Sequence record: SRR20825006_1097
Reading direction: 5' to 3' (one strand)
DNA: 52,958 nucleotides
Part shown: piece by piece, positions 36,884 through 45,781 of the stretch
How the letters are laid out: every line of letters starts with the position of its first letter
Position numbering within the stretch: the stretch's first letter is position 1
The notes under the pieces: model-generated
Databases searched by the model: none
What the model was told of the DNA's origin: nothing
What the model saw: only the letters and a program-made list of their open reading frames with translations
Program-made: the position numbers and the translations under genes

Positions 36884-36939
36884 ACAATAAAGAAGAATAC
36901 TGCGTAAAGTCAATATACTTTAAGCAGGTTTCTGCGTTA
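36884..36939. promoter_or_regulatory. Divergent c/ner control region with early promoter and two operator-like repeats
   Basis: Minus-strand TTGACT (36913-08) followed 18 nt later by TATTGT; repeats AAGAAGAATACTGCGTAA (36890-907) and AAGCAGGTTTCTGCGTTA (36922-39). Confidence 0.6.
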
Positions 36940-36943
36940 AATA

Positions 36944-37435
36944 ATGGCTAAACCAAAGAACCCGACTACGCCTTTTGCCGCTCGCCTCGTCGAAGTTATT
37001 GATACTATTGATGAAAGTGTTGACCTGCCGAGTTCATTGGGGGTCAGTCTGCGGAGCATTTCCGATTACCAGAGCGGAAAAGTGCAACCCAGGACTGAGT
37101 TTTTAGAACGCCTCAACGGCCTTACTGGGGTCAGTCTTGGTTGGTTGCTAACAGGTGAGGGACTCATGTTCGATGAGACACCACCAAAGCTGCCCGATGG
37201 TGCGCCAATCAACGTCGACATGCAGTCGAAATACATCAAGCCAATCGTGCTGCACCTAGCCCGCGTGCAAAAACAAAAACAAATCCACCTGGAGCCTGAC
37301 CTGATCTGGTGGATTATCTCGTCCATCCACAATGCACTCCTAGAAGAACACCACGGCGCTGATGTCGACAGCGACGAATTCAATGAGCTTCTTACCGAGC
37401 TAATTGATAAGCAGCTGGAAAAAGGTGGATGGTGA
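36944..37435 (+). CDS. Prophage repressor (XRE HTH)
   Basis: LGVSLRSISDYQSGKVQP...GVSLGWLLTGEG; divergent from ner. Confidence 0.88.
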   Translation: MAKPKNPTTPFAARLVEVIDTIDESVDLPSSLGVSLRSISDYQSGKVQPRTEFLERLNGLTGVSLGWLLTGEGLMFDETPPKLPDGAPINVDMQSKYIKPIVLHLARVQKQKQIHLEPDLIWWIISSIHNALLEEHHGADVDSDEFNELLTELIDKQLEKGGW

Positions 37436-37502
37436 TATTGGCTGACTAATATTAAGCCTTAGGTTCCGGTTTTCTTTTAATTTAAGCTTTTTCAAAAGGA
37501 CA

Positions 37503-39209
37503 ATGATGCGCTCAAAAGTTCTCGATGCAATTATCCCTCTTTCAAGAGTTCCTGATGAAAAGCGGCCTGAGTGGTTGGAAAATGCTGAGGATAGCGTTGC
37601 ATTTTTGCAAAAAAATCTGAAATCAGATGAAATCCTGCTCTATGCGAGCGGTCCTCATTTTTATGTGCACTCGGTACTAGCCCCCACAGATTTGCTAAAA
37701 AAACCTGATCACAATGATTTGCAATCGGGCAATGTTATGCTCGACAATTGTTGGCGCATCCAAAAGGTCTATGGCGGTGGTCAGGGGCACCGTGTTTTTT
37801 TAGAGCCGCCAATGATAGATTCCGGAAGTAACATTCTCAAAGGTGGTGAAAAGCTTGTCTTTGTTCGACAGTTTATGGGCATGAAAGATTTCAATCCGCC
37901 AGTTGAGTTAAGCCAAAAGTTGGTACATGCTCTCGATGTGCATTATTTGGACGAGCGGAATGCGTATTGTCGTTTGGACGACAAGGGTGATCTTGTAGAT
38001 GTTATCGTTGTTTCGCAAAATGATACACACGATCCATGGCAACGTGTACGTGCTGTCACAATAAAAGGCACTGATCTAGCCACCTATATGGCTCTAAGCA
38101 GATTAAGTCTGGTATCATACTTCGATTTTACCCGCACTGCACCTGGCGGTTTTTCAGGCTGGGGTAATGGTGGTGAGCAGGTTTTCCAAGCTTCTGATTT
38201 TTACTATCGACACCGAAAACTCGAAAAGCACGCAAGTTATGCAAATGGGCATGCCGTGTTGCGCACCAAGCTTAGTGTTGACGACCTTGTTGACGACTGG
38301 AAAGCATCCGAGGATAAGTCAGCGAAAAAATATGCTTCATTCAAGATTATCGATAGAAAAAATGACAACGCTTTGATCGAGACGTCTTGTAGTCCCGATC
38401 ATATCGTGAACTATTTCACCGAGTCGGATTTGCCTTGGGAATTATCACCGGCGTTCTTTCGATCTGAGGTATTGCAGAAATATAAGTCCGATACCGAAAA
38501 ATACACTTTTGAAGATCGAAGCATCAGCTGTCGCAATTCATGGTACTTAAAGACCTATGACATCAATGAAGCAGGGCAAGTGCACACCTATATCGGATAC
38601 CTGGCTGATCTCCCATATGAAGAACAACTCTATTGGCAATCGTTCAACGAATGGCCTGAGGCGGATATTTCCGAACGCGCGCGACAAACTGATATTCGTG
38701 GTGAGTTTTCCACCGTCAGCGATCCCTTACATTCTTTAAAAGCTTTGATCCAGAAGTTAGACCGAGAGAACCCATCTTGGTGGTCGACACGCGGAGACTT
38801 TTTGTTAGATGCAGCGAATAATCCAGTAACCGATTCAGTTGACGAATGGGGTAACGAAATTCTCGCACTTGATCATTTGGCTGTCGAGGGCTTTTCAGTC
38901 AAAGAGCTTAAGAAAATTGTGAAACAAAATGGTGGTGAAGTTGAGAAAGAATGGGGGTCGCTGAAGTCGCTAGAGGTTGCTTTGTCACTAACTGGACGAA
39001 CTGAGGAGCAAGCCAAAGCTGCAGTATCACCGTTGAGAGAACTTCATTTGCTCCGCAATCCCTTAAGAGCTCACGGAAACCCTTCGAAGCGTAGGGAGGA
39101 AACTGCGAAAGCCCGTAAGCAGTTTAGTACGTTGAGAAGTCACTACATTGATCTGGTGTCGCGGTTGGAGGTTTCTTACGATACGATCATTGCTACACTT
39201 CCAAAGTAG
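37503..39209 (+). CDS. Cargo protein with putative C-terminal HEPN domain
   Basis: 568 aa; helical C-terminus with LRNPLRAH (R-x5-H). Confidence 0.75.
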   Translation: MMRSKVLDAIIPLSRVPDEKRPEWLENAEDSVAFLQKNLKSDEILLYASGPHFYVHSVLAPTDLLKKPDHNDLQSGNVMLDNCWRIQKVYGGGQGHRVFLEPPMIDSGSNILKGGEKLVFVRQFMGMKDFNPPVELSQKLVHALDVHYLDERNAYCRLDDKGDLVDVIVVSQNDTHDPWQRVRAVTIKGTDLATYMALSRLSLVSYFDFTRTAPGGFSGWGNGGEQVFQASDFYYRHRKLEKHASYANGHAVLRTKLSVDDLVDDWKASEDKSAKKYASFKIIDRKNDNALIETSCSPDHIVNYFTESDLPWELSPAFFRSEVLQKYKSDTEKYTFEDRSISCRNSWYLKTYDINEAGQVHTYIGYLADLPYEEQLYWQSFNEWPEADISERARQTDIRGEFSTVSDPLHSLKALIQKLDRENPSWWSTRGDFLLDAANNPVTDSVDEWGNEILALDHLAVEGFSVKELKKIVKQNGGEVEKEWGSLKSLEVALSLTGRTEEQAKAAVSPLRELHLLRNPLRAHGNPSKRREETAKARKQFSTLRSHYIDLVSRLEVSYDTIIATLPK

Positions 39210-39240
39210 TTTTTGCTCTGATCATGGGGGCGGTGTTTTT

Positions 39241-40176
39241 TTATTCCAATGCTGCCGTCGTTTCTGATGGTTTACGCTGTCGAAAAGCTCGCGCAAATTC
39301 CGCATCACTGATGGTGCCAGTGCCATAATCAGGAAAATCAATTGCGACAAAACCTATTCCGCGGCGATGTCTAAAAGTGAATAAATGCCCCACACAATCA
39401 GAGTTAGGGAGTAAGAAACGCCTCACGAAGGGTTTGCTTTCCCAGTCCTTTTTTACAAAAGTATTTCCTGGAGTATCTTTTATTATCCAAGGTTGTTTTC
39501 CGAACGTGCCGAATTGCTTTTCAACAATTTGAGAAATCAATCTCACCGCAGTAAGGGCATCGTCTTTCACAGTTTCATAAGTTTCTCGATTGAAGTGAAT
39601 AGCCCGGTGACGTTCATATCCAAGCGATAGAAAATCGTCCGCAACTGTATCGAAAAAGATGTCCCATCCGCGCAAAACTGCGACACAGAATTCCCAATTG
39701 TCAAAAGAGTTTTTCGTTAAAACCCTTTTTTGAACTTTCGAGTTCTCGTAATGATTTAGCTCGCTAAAATCAGTTCGAAGTTCCAAAATTAGATGGTTCA
39801 AAATTCTCTCGCCTAAAGCGCAAGCACTTGTTAGGGCGGCATAATAGGCGCCAGAAACGTAAGCTGTTCTGGCGTGGTTTAAGAATGAGTTGTGGTTAGC
39901 AACCACCGAAAAAGGAAGCGCGCCAACAAGTTTAAACCGATCAATTTTATCCTGACCGTCACTAGCGCCAAATTCTAACAATAAATTGTCTTCCAGACGT
40001 TTGCAGTTTTTCAGGTGGGCTTTTCTTTGCTCTTCACTCCATTCCTCACCGATTTTTTGGTTTAGAATATTTGCGCGGAAATCAAAATTACTAGGCCGAG
40101 TAACCCACCTTCGCCGACCATAGTCGGGTTGGGCTTTTGTTTCCTCGATTGTTGTCGGCATGCGCTTCACGGCCAT
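39241..40176 (-). CDS. Cargo protein, putative HEPN domain
   Basis: ARTAYVSGAYYAALTSACALGERIL (HEPN-like first helices) and RHRAIH (R-x4-H). Confidence 0.78.
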   Translation of the reverse strand: MAVKRMPTTIEETKAQPDYGRRRWVTRPSNFDFRANILNQKIGEEWSEEQRKAHLKNCKRLEDNLLLEFGASDGQDKIDRFKLVGALPFSVVANHNSFLNHARTAYVSGAYYAALTSACALGERILNHLILELRTDFSELNHYENSKVQKRVLTKNSFDNWEFCVAVLRGWDIFFDTVADDFLSLGYERHRAIHFNRETYETVKDDALTAVRLISQIVEKQFGTFGKQPWIIKDTPGNTFVKKDWESKPFVRRFLLPNSDCVGHLFTFRHRRGIGFVAIDFPDYGTGTISDAEFARAFRQRKPSETTAALE

Positions 40177-40247
40177 CTTTCTTCAAACCTTAGTCTTAGT
40201 TTGAGATTTTATTGCAGAGTCTTCTATTTGGCCATTGAGAACATTTG

Positions 40248-40263
40248 GTTAACAAGATATTAA
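40248..40263 (-). promoter_or_regulatory. Perfect CtrA-box match TTAA-N7-TTAAC
   Basis: Minus strand TTAA TATCTTG TTAAC. Confidence 0.5.
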
Positions 40264-40344
40264 GGGCGGAACAGACGGCGGCAACCGTCTGCAAACGAGT
40301 GCGTCATCACTCGCTTATGTGAACAATATACTCCACACCCGCCC
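40264..40344 (+). ncRNA. Putative cloverleaf-like regulatory RNA
   Basis: GGGCGG/CCGCCC closing stem enclosing CAGACGG/CCGTCTG, CGAGTG/CACTCG and TGTG/CACA hairpins. Confidence 0.55.
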
Positions 40345-40378
40345 CTTCCCACCGGCGGGAACCATTAGTGATGACGTT

Positions 40379-40483
40379 ATGATTTTAAGCGATAAAAAGC
40401 GCAATGAATTGGCGCGGAAATTTCAGCTGCAGTTTTCCTATGTTACAAAAAAAGAAAACAGGACGGCTTCTGTTCGCAAATAG
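40379..40483 (+). CDS. Possible 34-aa basic peptide downstream of the cloverleaf
   Basis: MILSDKKRNELARKFQLQFSYVTKKENRTASVRK*; its initiation region is complementary to the cloverleaf loop. Confidence 0.35.
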   Translation: MILSDKKRNELARKFQLQFSYVTKKENRTASVRK

Positions 40484-40700
40484 AGAGAGTTTGTACAATT
40501 GAATTGCGGTAAGTTTTTTTCTTATCGTTCATTCCAAATTTGGCGTTTGTAATGTCCCTCTGAATTGCTTTTGCACAACACGCTGACTATTAATGTGAAT
40601 GTCGAGGTCAAATATAATCAACCTAACCGATACTTCAGATTCTAGACAATTGTATCGCTGGATCGAATCTCATAAAGTTTAGAATTATTATTAGTTATTT

Positions 40701-41225
40701 GTGAGATTTATCTTGGAACTGATAGCGAGCATTGGGACGTTTTTCTCACAAGTAGAAGACTTCTTTTCGCCTTACGCTGCGACTATCACGGTCGCCGGAA
40801 CCGTTTTTACAATAATTAGTGCAGTAGTTGCTTTCTTCCATGCCAGAAGCGCAATTAACGCAAGAGACGAAGTCAGAGATGCAATCGCTCGCGTTACACT
40901 TGCGGTAGTTTCAGAACGATTACGACTTGCACAGGAGCATATTAGAAATATAGCACCGGGAAAGTCCTCAGCACGCGGGTTTAACCCACATTCGGCACTA
41001 GGAGAGATAAGAAAAGAATTCGACACTGCATTAGGAGAATTGCCTATTGATGGAATTGCTAACGAGGCTCGGCAAAAGCTCCGTAATGCACAGACTAAAC
41101 TCAATGAGTATGAAGCTTCTATGAGGACACAGCCGGACTCGGAAAAGTGGGCGGAACTACAAAATCTAGTTCAAGATGCTGTTTCCATTTTAAAGAAAAC
41201 TGCGATTAGTGATGGAGTCTCCTAA
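40701..41225 (+). CDS. Hypothetical protein with N-terminal TM helix
   Basis: AATITVAGTVFTIISAVVAFF then helical domain; TAATG coupling to the next gene. Confidence 0.75.
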   Translation: MRFILELIASIGTFFSQVEDFFSPYAATITVAGTVFTIISAVVAFFHARSAINARDEVRDAIARVTLAVVSERLRLAQEHIRNIAPGKSSARGFNPHSALGEIRKEFDTALGELPIDGIANEARQKLRNAQTKLNEYEASMRTQPDSEKWAELQNLVQDAVSILKKTAISDGVS

Positions 41226-41620
41226 TGGATGAAAAGGCAATAATTGAAAGAATTGAGGAGCTTCGTTCCTTGGTTCAAAAACTTGAGTTCCAAGTTTCGA
41301 CCCTTGGTGAGGCGATCGACTATGAAAACTTCCCCATGCAGTCTCTAATTTTGTCAATGGACTGGAACCGCGATCAACTGGATATAGCCCATTCGATTTT
41401 TGAAACATGGGACAAGAAACTCAATGCAGGTGAGCCTATGAGATACGGCGAGTTTGAAAGTGCATTTGAAGAAAATTTAGGCATTGGATATCAAGGTGTA
41501 AAGTCAGTAATCTTGGCGTTTTATGAAGATCATAGATGGACCAACGTTTGTGAGGCTTACGTCGCAACTGATGCGGGAAGTACTGCGGAACTACAATCGA
41601 TCAGGCGACAGATCTCGTAA
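41225..41620 (+). CDS. Hypothetical protein, resembles YhaI/DUF1878
   Basis: LEFQVSTL...ID...FP...LIL pattern recalled from YhaI-like proteins; GGAG RBS. Confidence 0.7.
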   Translation: MDEKAIIERIEELRSLVQKLEFQVSTLGEAIDYENFPMQSLILSMDWNRDQLDIAHSIFETWDKKLNAGEPMRYGEFESAFEENLGIGYQGVKSVILAFYEDHRWTNVCEAYVATDAGSTAELQSIRRQIS

Positions 41621-42010
41621 TTATCAATTTTTGCTCCATCCTCTGAAAATGTCGCAAGACTGCTAGCGGACTAATTTATTTATTCGCATAATACGCTTGT
41701 ATGGAATTAATTTAGCTCGCGATCTCAGCGTCCCACTTTTCTTAAGGGTTTTTGGGGGTGGTAGCTCAACGATACCTTGAAAAATATACCTTATTTCTAT
41801 TCTGAGGCGCTTTCCGAACCTCGGGACAATGCGTCTCATTTTGCGCTGACACTCTAAAGGCGTTGGTCAGCGCGCAACCACCACGTCATAGAATGTGGTT
41901 GGTGGTCGAAGTTTGGTAATAGTTGCACGAACTATGAAGTGCAGGGCATTGTGTATTAATTCGTTCTTGCCAAACGCCTTGGCAGAACAATTGGCGGACA
42001 ACGCGCGAAT

Positions 42011-42161
42011 TTTCCCAAAGAATGTACAAAAATGGATTAGTTTTGATTGCCTATTTCCCAAAGCGATCAATCTGCGGGAAGGGCTAATAGGGCTGGAGCT
42101 CTTAGGGTTGCGCGCATGTAAGGGGAAAATTTGACTTTCTCAAAGATCACATCCCCCCACA
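42011..42161 (-). repeat. Prophage end (Mu L-end equivalent) with three putative transposase-binding sites
   Basis: TTTCTCAAAG 42136-45, TTTCCCAAAG 42054-63 and 42011-20; terminal CCACA. Confidence 0.85.
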
Positions 42162-42166
42162 TTTTT
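42162..42166. repeat. 5-bp target-site duplication TTTTT, right copy
   Basis: Matches 89-93. Confidence 0.85.
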
Positions 42167-42233
42167 GCGCGTGGTTGGCTTGAGTTGCGTATGGGTGCTG
42201 CAGGTGTGGGCTTGAATGCGAGGGGCTTGGGCA

Positions 42234-44426
42234 CTATGACTGATTGAGACAGCACTTCTTATATTTCCTACCGCTACCACATGGGCACGGTTCATTGCGC
42301 CCAACTTTCCGGCGTGCGGTGCCCTGAGATAAGGTCCCAAGTTGCATCATCGGTTTTTTTGGCCATGCGGCGAGCGCCTTTTTCATTTCTGCGTCGGCTT
42401 TCCACTTGCCTTCGACTGCCAGCGCACCTCTGATATTCCCAGTTCCCGGAGCAAGGAGCAGCCCATACCAGACGTCTGCTTTCGTGTCGTATTTCCTAAT
42501 TCTGCAGTGGGTCGACAAGCGCTCTCGCGCTACCTCTTCCGGCAGAGAATTTATGTGAATGGTAAAACCTGACTTGTCGGCATCTGACGGAACAGAGAAG
42601 TCATGTTGTTGCCCGTCGTCGGCTGCTGAACGCACCAATCGATCAATGCCCCTATTAATGTGCTTGGCGGTGTCGGACCCGAACTGAAGGAATAGCATTC
42701 CAAGCCCCACAAGTTCAGGAATTGCGCTGGCCTCGAATTCAGAAATCAATCTGCCGATGGGGGTTCCATCAAAGCGAGTTAGAATGCCTTTGGGTGTTCG
42801 TTCCCCTGGGACTCCCAGCCTACGCGCGGACATCGCTATGTCGAGGGAACTGGTGAAATCGTCACCCAAGTTCACGATGTCGTACTGATCTTCCAGCCAA
42901 AGGTTCTGCTTTAGATGGTAGCCTAGGGTTGTGAGTTCTTGGCTGACCAAGAGCTGTTTGTCGAATTTAGCTCGCAACGCCAAGTAATTTAGGAGCTGCA
43001 AGGGTGTCTCTAGTATTTCTGTTAGGACGTCCAAGAAAAAAACATCGGTGATTATAGGTGGCTGCACATTTTCTATGGTTCTGATTTCTAAGAATTGCCG
43101 AACCTGTGCAGCTAAGGCCGGGAAATGATCCGCTACAGCACACACTGGGAAAATTCTCGCGGGCCTCTTTGGGAAGCCAATTTCATCGCCAGATGCTGAT
43201 GCAAACCGATATCCTTCGCCTAGAAGTGCCTCCGAACAAAGCAAGGCTTGATCGTATGCATCGTGAATTGCCTTCTTAAAATCGTCCTTTAGCTGAAGGT
43301 CGTTTCCCTTGCGTGCCTCGATTGTCAGTCGCTTTGACTTGGCCTGTACTACAATGGCCCGGTCACCATACACGACCAATACATCGGCTTCGGATACGCG
43401 ATCCTTTCCCTTGTAAATGTCCACATTTTGAAAGACGTGCTTGGCGCCAAAAACATGCGTTAGGCGATCTGCCAAGAATTGCTCAGCGAATACGCCACGG
43501 TTTTTCGATGCTGTTCCGGCGTAGGTTTTGTCGCCGGTCATCCAGAAGAATGGCGCCTCATACAGCGCTTCAAGCAGACTGTAGTGTTGCAAGAGAATAT
43601 ATGAGCCATCAACAGCTTTGATGATCGGCGCAGCATTTGTTTCGTTGAAGGCGCTCAAGCTGGAAAAGGAGGCATTTGTGTTTTTCAGATCAACGGTGAA
43701 CGCCATGAGAATGCGTTCTATTTTTTTGAGTGAAAGTCCTGTTGGTTCCTTTAGCTCGTTAGCGGCGAAAACAAATCCAGGCAGAACAGTCCATTGATCT
43801 GGGTGACGCTTTAACATCTCTTCACGAAGGTTCAGGAGCTTTTGCATCTGCAAATTGCCGAGCTTGCGAGCAACTATGCAAGCCTCTTCAATTGTGAAGC
43901 CGACGTTTGACCTGAGCCAGTCATTGTCTGCACGGTATTTTTTTAGCGCGAGTTCCTCATATTGGAAATTGTAGGCCGACTCACCGCCGTAGAAAATAGG
44001 CTCTCTCAGGCCTTCAGCGGTGCTAAATGGATCAATGCGACTTGCTTTGCGTGGGTTGCGTGCCCTCGCCTCGAACGCAGCCATCCAAGGTTTTTGGAGG
44101 CTCATATGCATTTCATGCAGCAGCGCTTCTGACTGATCTACGTAATTTTGGAGGGTGTTGGGCTCGGGAATGCCAATGTCAATATTCCCTTTAGCCATCA
44201 GACCTATGAGGGTCGAAATTTCGGTTCTGAGCAGCTTCTTATGGGAGTGCTGGTGCTCGACATCCTCTTCGGTGACCTGATCGCCAGAAAATCGAATGAG
44301 GTTATCGCGCCAACAGAAATATGCGATGGCGTGAATATATCCGGGGGAGCAGCAGAGCTTTTGTAGCTCTTCGAATATCTCGGTTTCGGTGCGAGCCTCT
44401 TTTGGGGAAATATCTTTTTTGGTCAC
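42234..44426 (-). CDS. NERD/PD-(D/E)xK nuclease-like protein with C-terminal SEC-C motif
   Basis: EADVLVVYGDRAIVVQAKSK; terminal KVGRNEPCPCGSGRKYKKCC. Confidence 0.85.
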   Translation of the reverse strand: MTKKDISPKEARTETEIFEELQKLCCSPGYIHAIAYFCWRDNLIRFSGDQVTEEDVEHQHSHKKLLRTEISTLIGLMAKGNIDIGIPEPNTLQNYVDQSEALLHEMHMSLQKPWMAAFEARARNPRKASRIDPFSTAEGLREPIFYGGESAYNFQYEELALKKYRADNDWLRSNVGFTIEEACIVARKLGNLQMQKLLNLREEMLKRHPDQWTVLPGFVFAANELKEPTGLSLKKIERILMAFTVDLKNTNASFSSLSAFNETNAAPIIKAVDGSYILLQHYSLLEALYEAPFFWMTGDKTYAGTASKNRGVFAEQFLADRLTHVFGAKHVFQNVDIYKGKDRVSEADVLVVYGDRAIVVQAKSKRLTIEARKGNDLQLKDDFKKAIHDAYDQALLCSEALLGEGYRFASASGDEIGFPKRPARIFPVCAVADHFPALAAQVRQFLEIRTIENVQPPIITDVFFLDVLTEILETPLQLLNYLALRAKFDKQLLVSQELTTLGYHLKQNLWLEDQYDIVNLGDDFTSSLDIAMSARRLGVPGERTPKGILTRFDGTPIGRLISEFEASAIPELVGLGMLFLQFGSDTAKHINRGIDRLVRSAADDGQQHDFSVPSDADKSGFTIHINSLPEEVARERLSTHCRIRKYDTKADVWYGLLLAPGTGNIRGALAVEGKWKADAEMKKALAAWPKKPMMQLGTLSQGTARRKVGRNEPCPCGSGRKYKKCCLNQS

Positions 44427-44519
44427 CTGGCGACTGCCATCAATTGCTTTGTAGTAAGGAACAGATGGAAGCCTACCAGATGTCTTTGAGTCGGGATACT
44501 GGCAAAAACGTCGGAGCTA

Positions 44520-44720
44520 TTACTTCGCGACGAATATGGCACGAGCTTCCTTCTCTCCATCTGACCCCTTAACACACTGTCATGGTGTGCGTGACTTGTG
44601 CGCAGCCAGTGCTAGATGGTACTTTTTGTCGCGTGCTGCAGTGCGTAGCTTTTCACGCGCTTCCCGAGGATCGATTTTCAGTTCTTCGCAGATTTGCTTG
44701 AGCGTGATGATTTCAGTCAT
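44520..44720 (-). pseudogene. Small HTH-like gene interrupted by an in-frame TGA
   Basis: AAGGAG RBS; MTEIITLKQICEELKIDPREAREKLR...TP*QCVKGSDGEKEARAIFVAK*; TGA at 44582-44580. Confidence 0.55.
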
Positions 44721-44927
44721 GATCGTCTCCTTGTTGTGACGACCAATCGATAAGATAGTCCATCTCGCCTTGTCAGGGACGAGCGTATTTTGTTTGGTTG
44801 GTAGTGGTAACTTCTTTTTCGAACAACTTATGGGCCCATACTGAGTGCATCGATCGTTGGGGTATTGTTAAGCTTTTGCCGCGCTAAACGTGTTTGACCA
44901 ATCATTTAACTTGTTTAGGTTGAAATT

Positions 44928-44947
44928 TGGCATATCGAGTGTATACA
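44928..44947. promoter_or_regulatory. Putative GntR operator upstream of the GntR gene
   Basis: TGGCATATCGAGTGTATACA; related motif at 45762-81. Confidence 0.55.
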
Positions 44948-45015
44948 ATGGTAGTTCAATTATGTTGTTTGAGCCATTTTTAAGGTCTCGGAATAGGTGA
45001 AATAGAGGAAAGATT

Positions 45016-45678
45016 ATGTCCCCATCTGATTATTTGGGCAGTGAACCGACATTGGGGAAATCTACTTATCAGCGAATTCGGGGCATGATTTTGGATGGCA
45101 CTTTGGTGCCTGGTACGCGGTTGCAGGAGAAGGCTTTTGCGGATCGGTTGGGGGTTTCGCGCACGCCGGTGCGGGAGGCGATTGCTCAATTGATGAGTGA
45201 GGGGCTTGTGGCCAAGCCAGCGGGCGGGGCGCCTGTGGTGAACAGCATTTCGCTATCGGACATTATGGAAATTTTGCATGTGCGTCGATTGCTGGAATGT
45301 GAGGCAACGCGGCAAGCAGCGCTTTCTGGTAAGCCTTTGGATGAATTGCTTGAATTGCGTTCAGAGATCAAAGGTTTTCTCGAAGGGCCGCGGCCTGACG
45401 CTGAGACACACGCATCTGTAGATCGTCGGTTGCATTTGGCCTTGGCCCGTATGGCGGGGTCAGGCTTGTTGACAGAGCTGATCGAGAATCTCAAAACCAA
45501 AACCATTATCTATGATAAAGGCTCGATTCCGGATCGGTTTGAGCCAGGGTGTCATGAGCATTTGGCGATTATTGATGCGGTGATTGCGCGTGACGCAGAT
45601 GCGGCGCTTGAAGCAATGCGTGTGCACCTCACCAATGTGCGCGAAGCGATTATTTCACATATTTCTCAGCCGTTCTAA
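45016..45678 (+). CDS. GntR family (FCD) transcriptional regulator
   Basis: LGVSRTPVREA HTH; EHLAIIDAV...MRVHL. Confidence 0.95.
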   Translation: MSPSDYLGSEPTLGKSTYQRIRGMILDGTLVPGTRLQEKAFADRLGVSRTPVREAIAQLMSEGLVAKPAGGAPVVNSISLSDIMEILHVRRLLECEATRQAALSGKPLDELLELRSEIKGFLEGPRPDAETHASVDRRLHLALARMAGSGLLTELIENLKTKTIIYDKGSIPDRFEPGCHEHLAIIDAVIARDADAALEAMRVHLTNVREAIISHISQPF

Positions 45679-45761
45679 GGCCTGAATTTCCAACAAATTT
45701 GCATTTCTGCATGGATTGAATTTGAGAAAATTCAATCCGCAATATTGACTCAGCATTTTTA

Positions 45762-45781
45762 TGGTATACCGTAGGAATACA
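45762..45781. promoter_or_regulatory. Putative GntR operator overlapping the VOC-ABC operon promoter
   Basis: TGGTATACCGTAGGAATACA just downstream of TTGACT (45745-50). Confidence 0.55.

Larger units (their letters stand above)
94..42161 (-). mobile_element. Apparently complete Mu-like transposable prophage (contractile tail), 42,068 bp
   Basis: TGTGG at 94-98 and CCACA at 42157-42161; TTTTT at 89-93 and 42162-42166; CTTTG(G/A)GAAA at positions 17-26 from both ends; contains DDE transposase, MuB ATPase, ner, repressor, Mor, GemA, DUF935 portal, gpF, gpG, capsid, sheath, tube, baseplate. Confidence 0.95.

Noticed and set aside
41963-41988. Hairpin GTTCTTGCCAA...TTGGCAGAAC and short ORFs (41867-42340) near the phage end
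   Set aside because: The ORFs overlap the end repeats or cross the junction and look non-coding; the hairpin alone has no assignable role.
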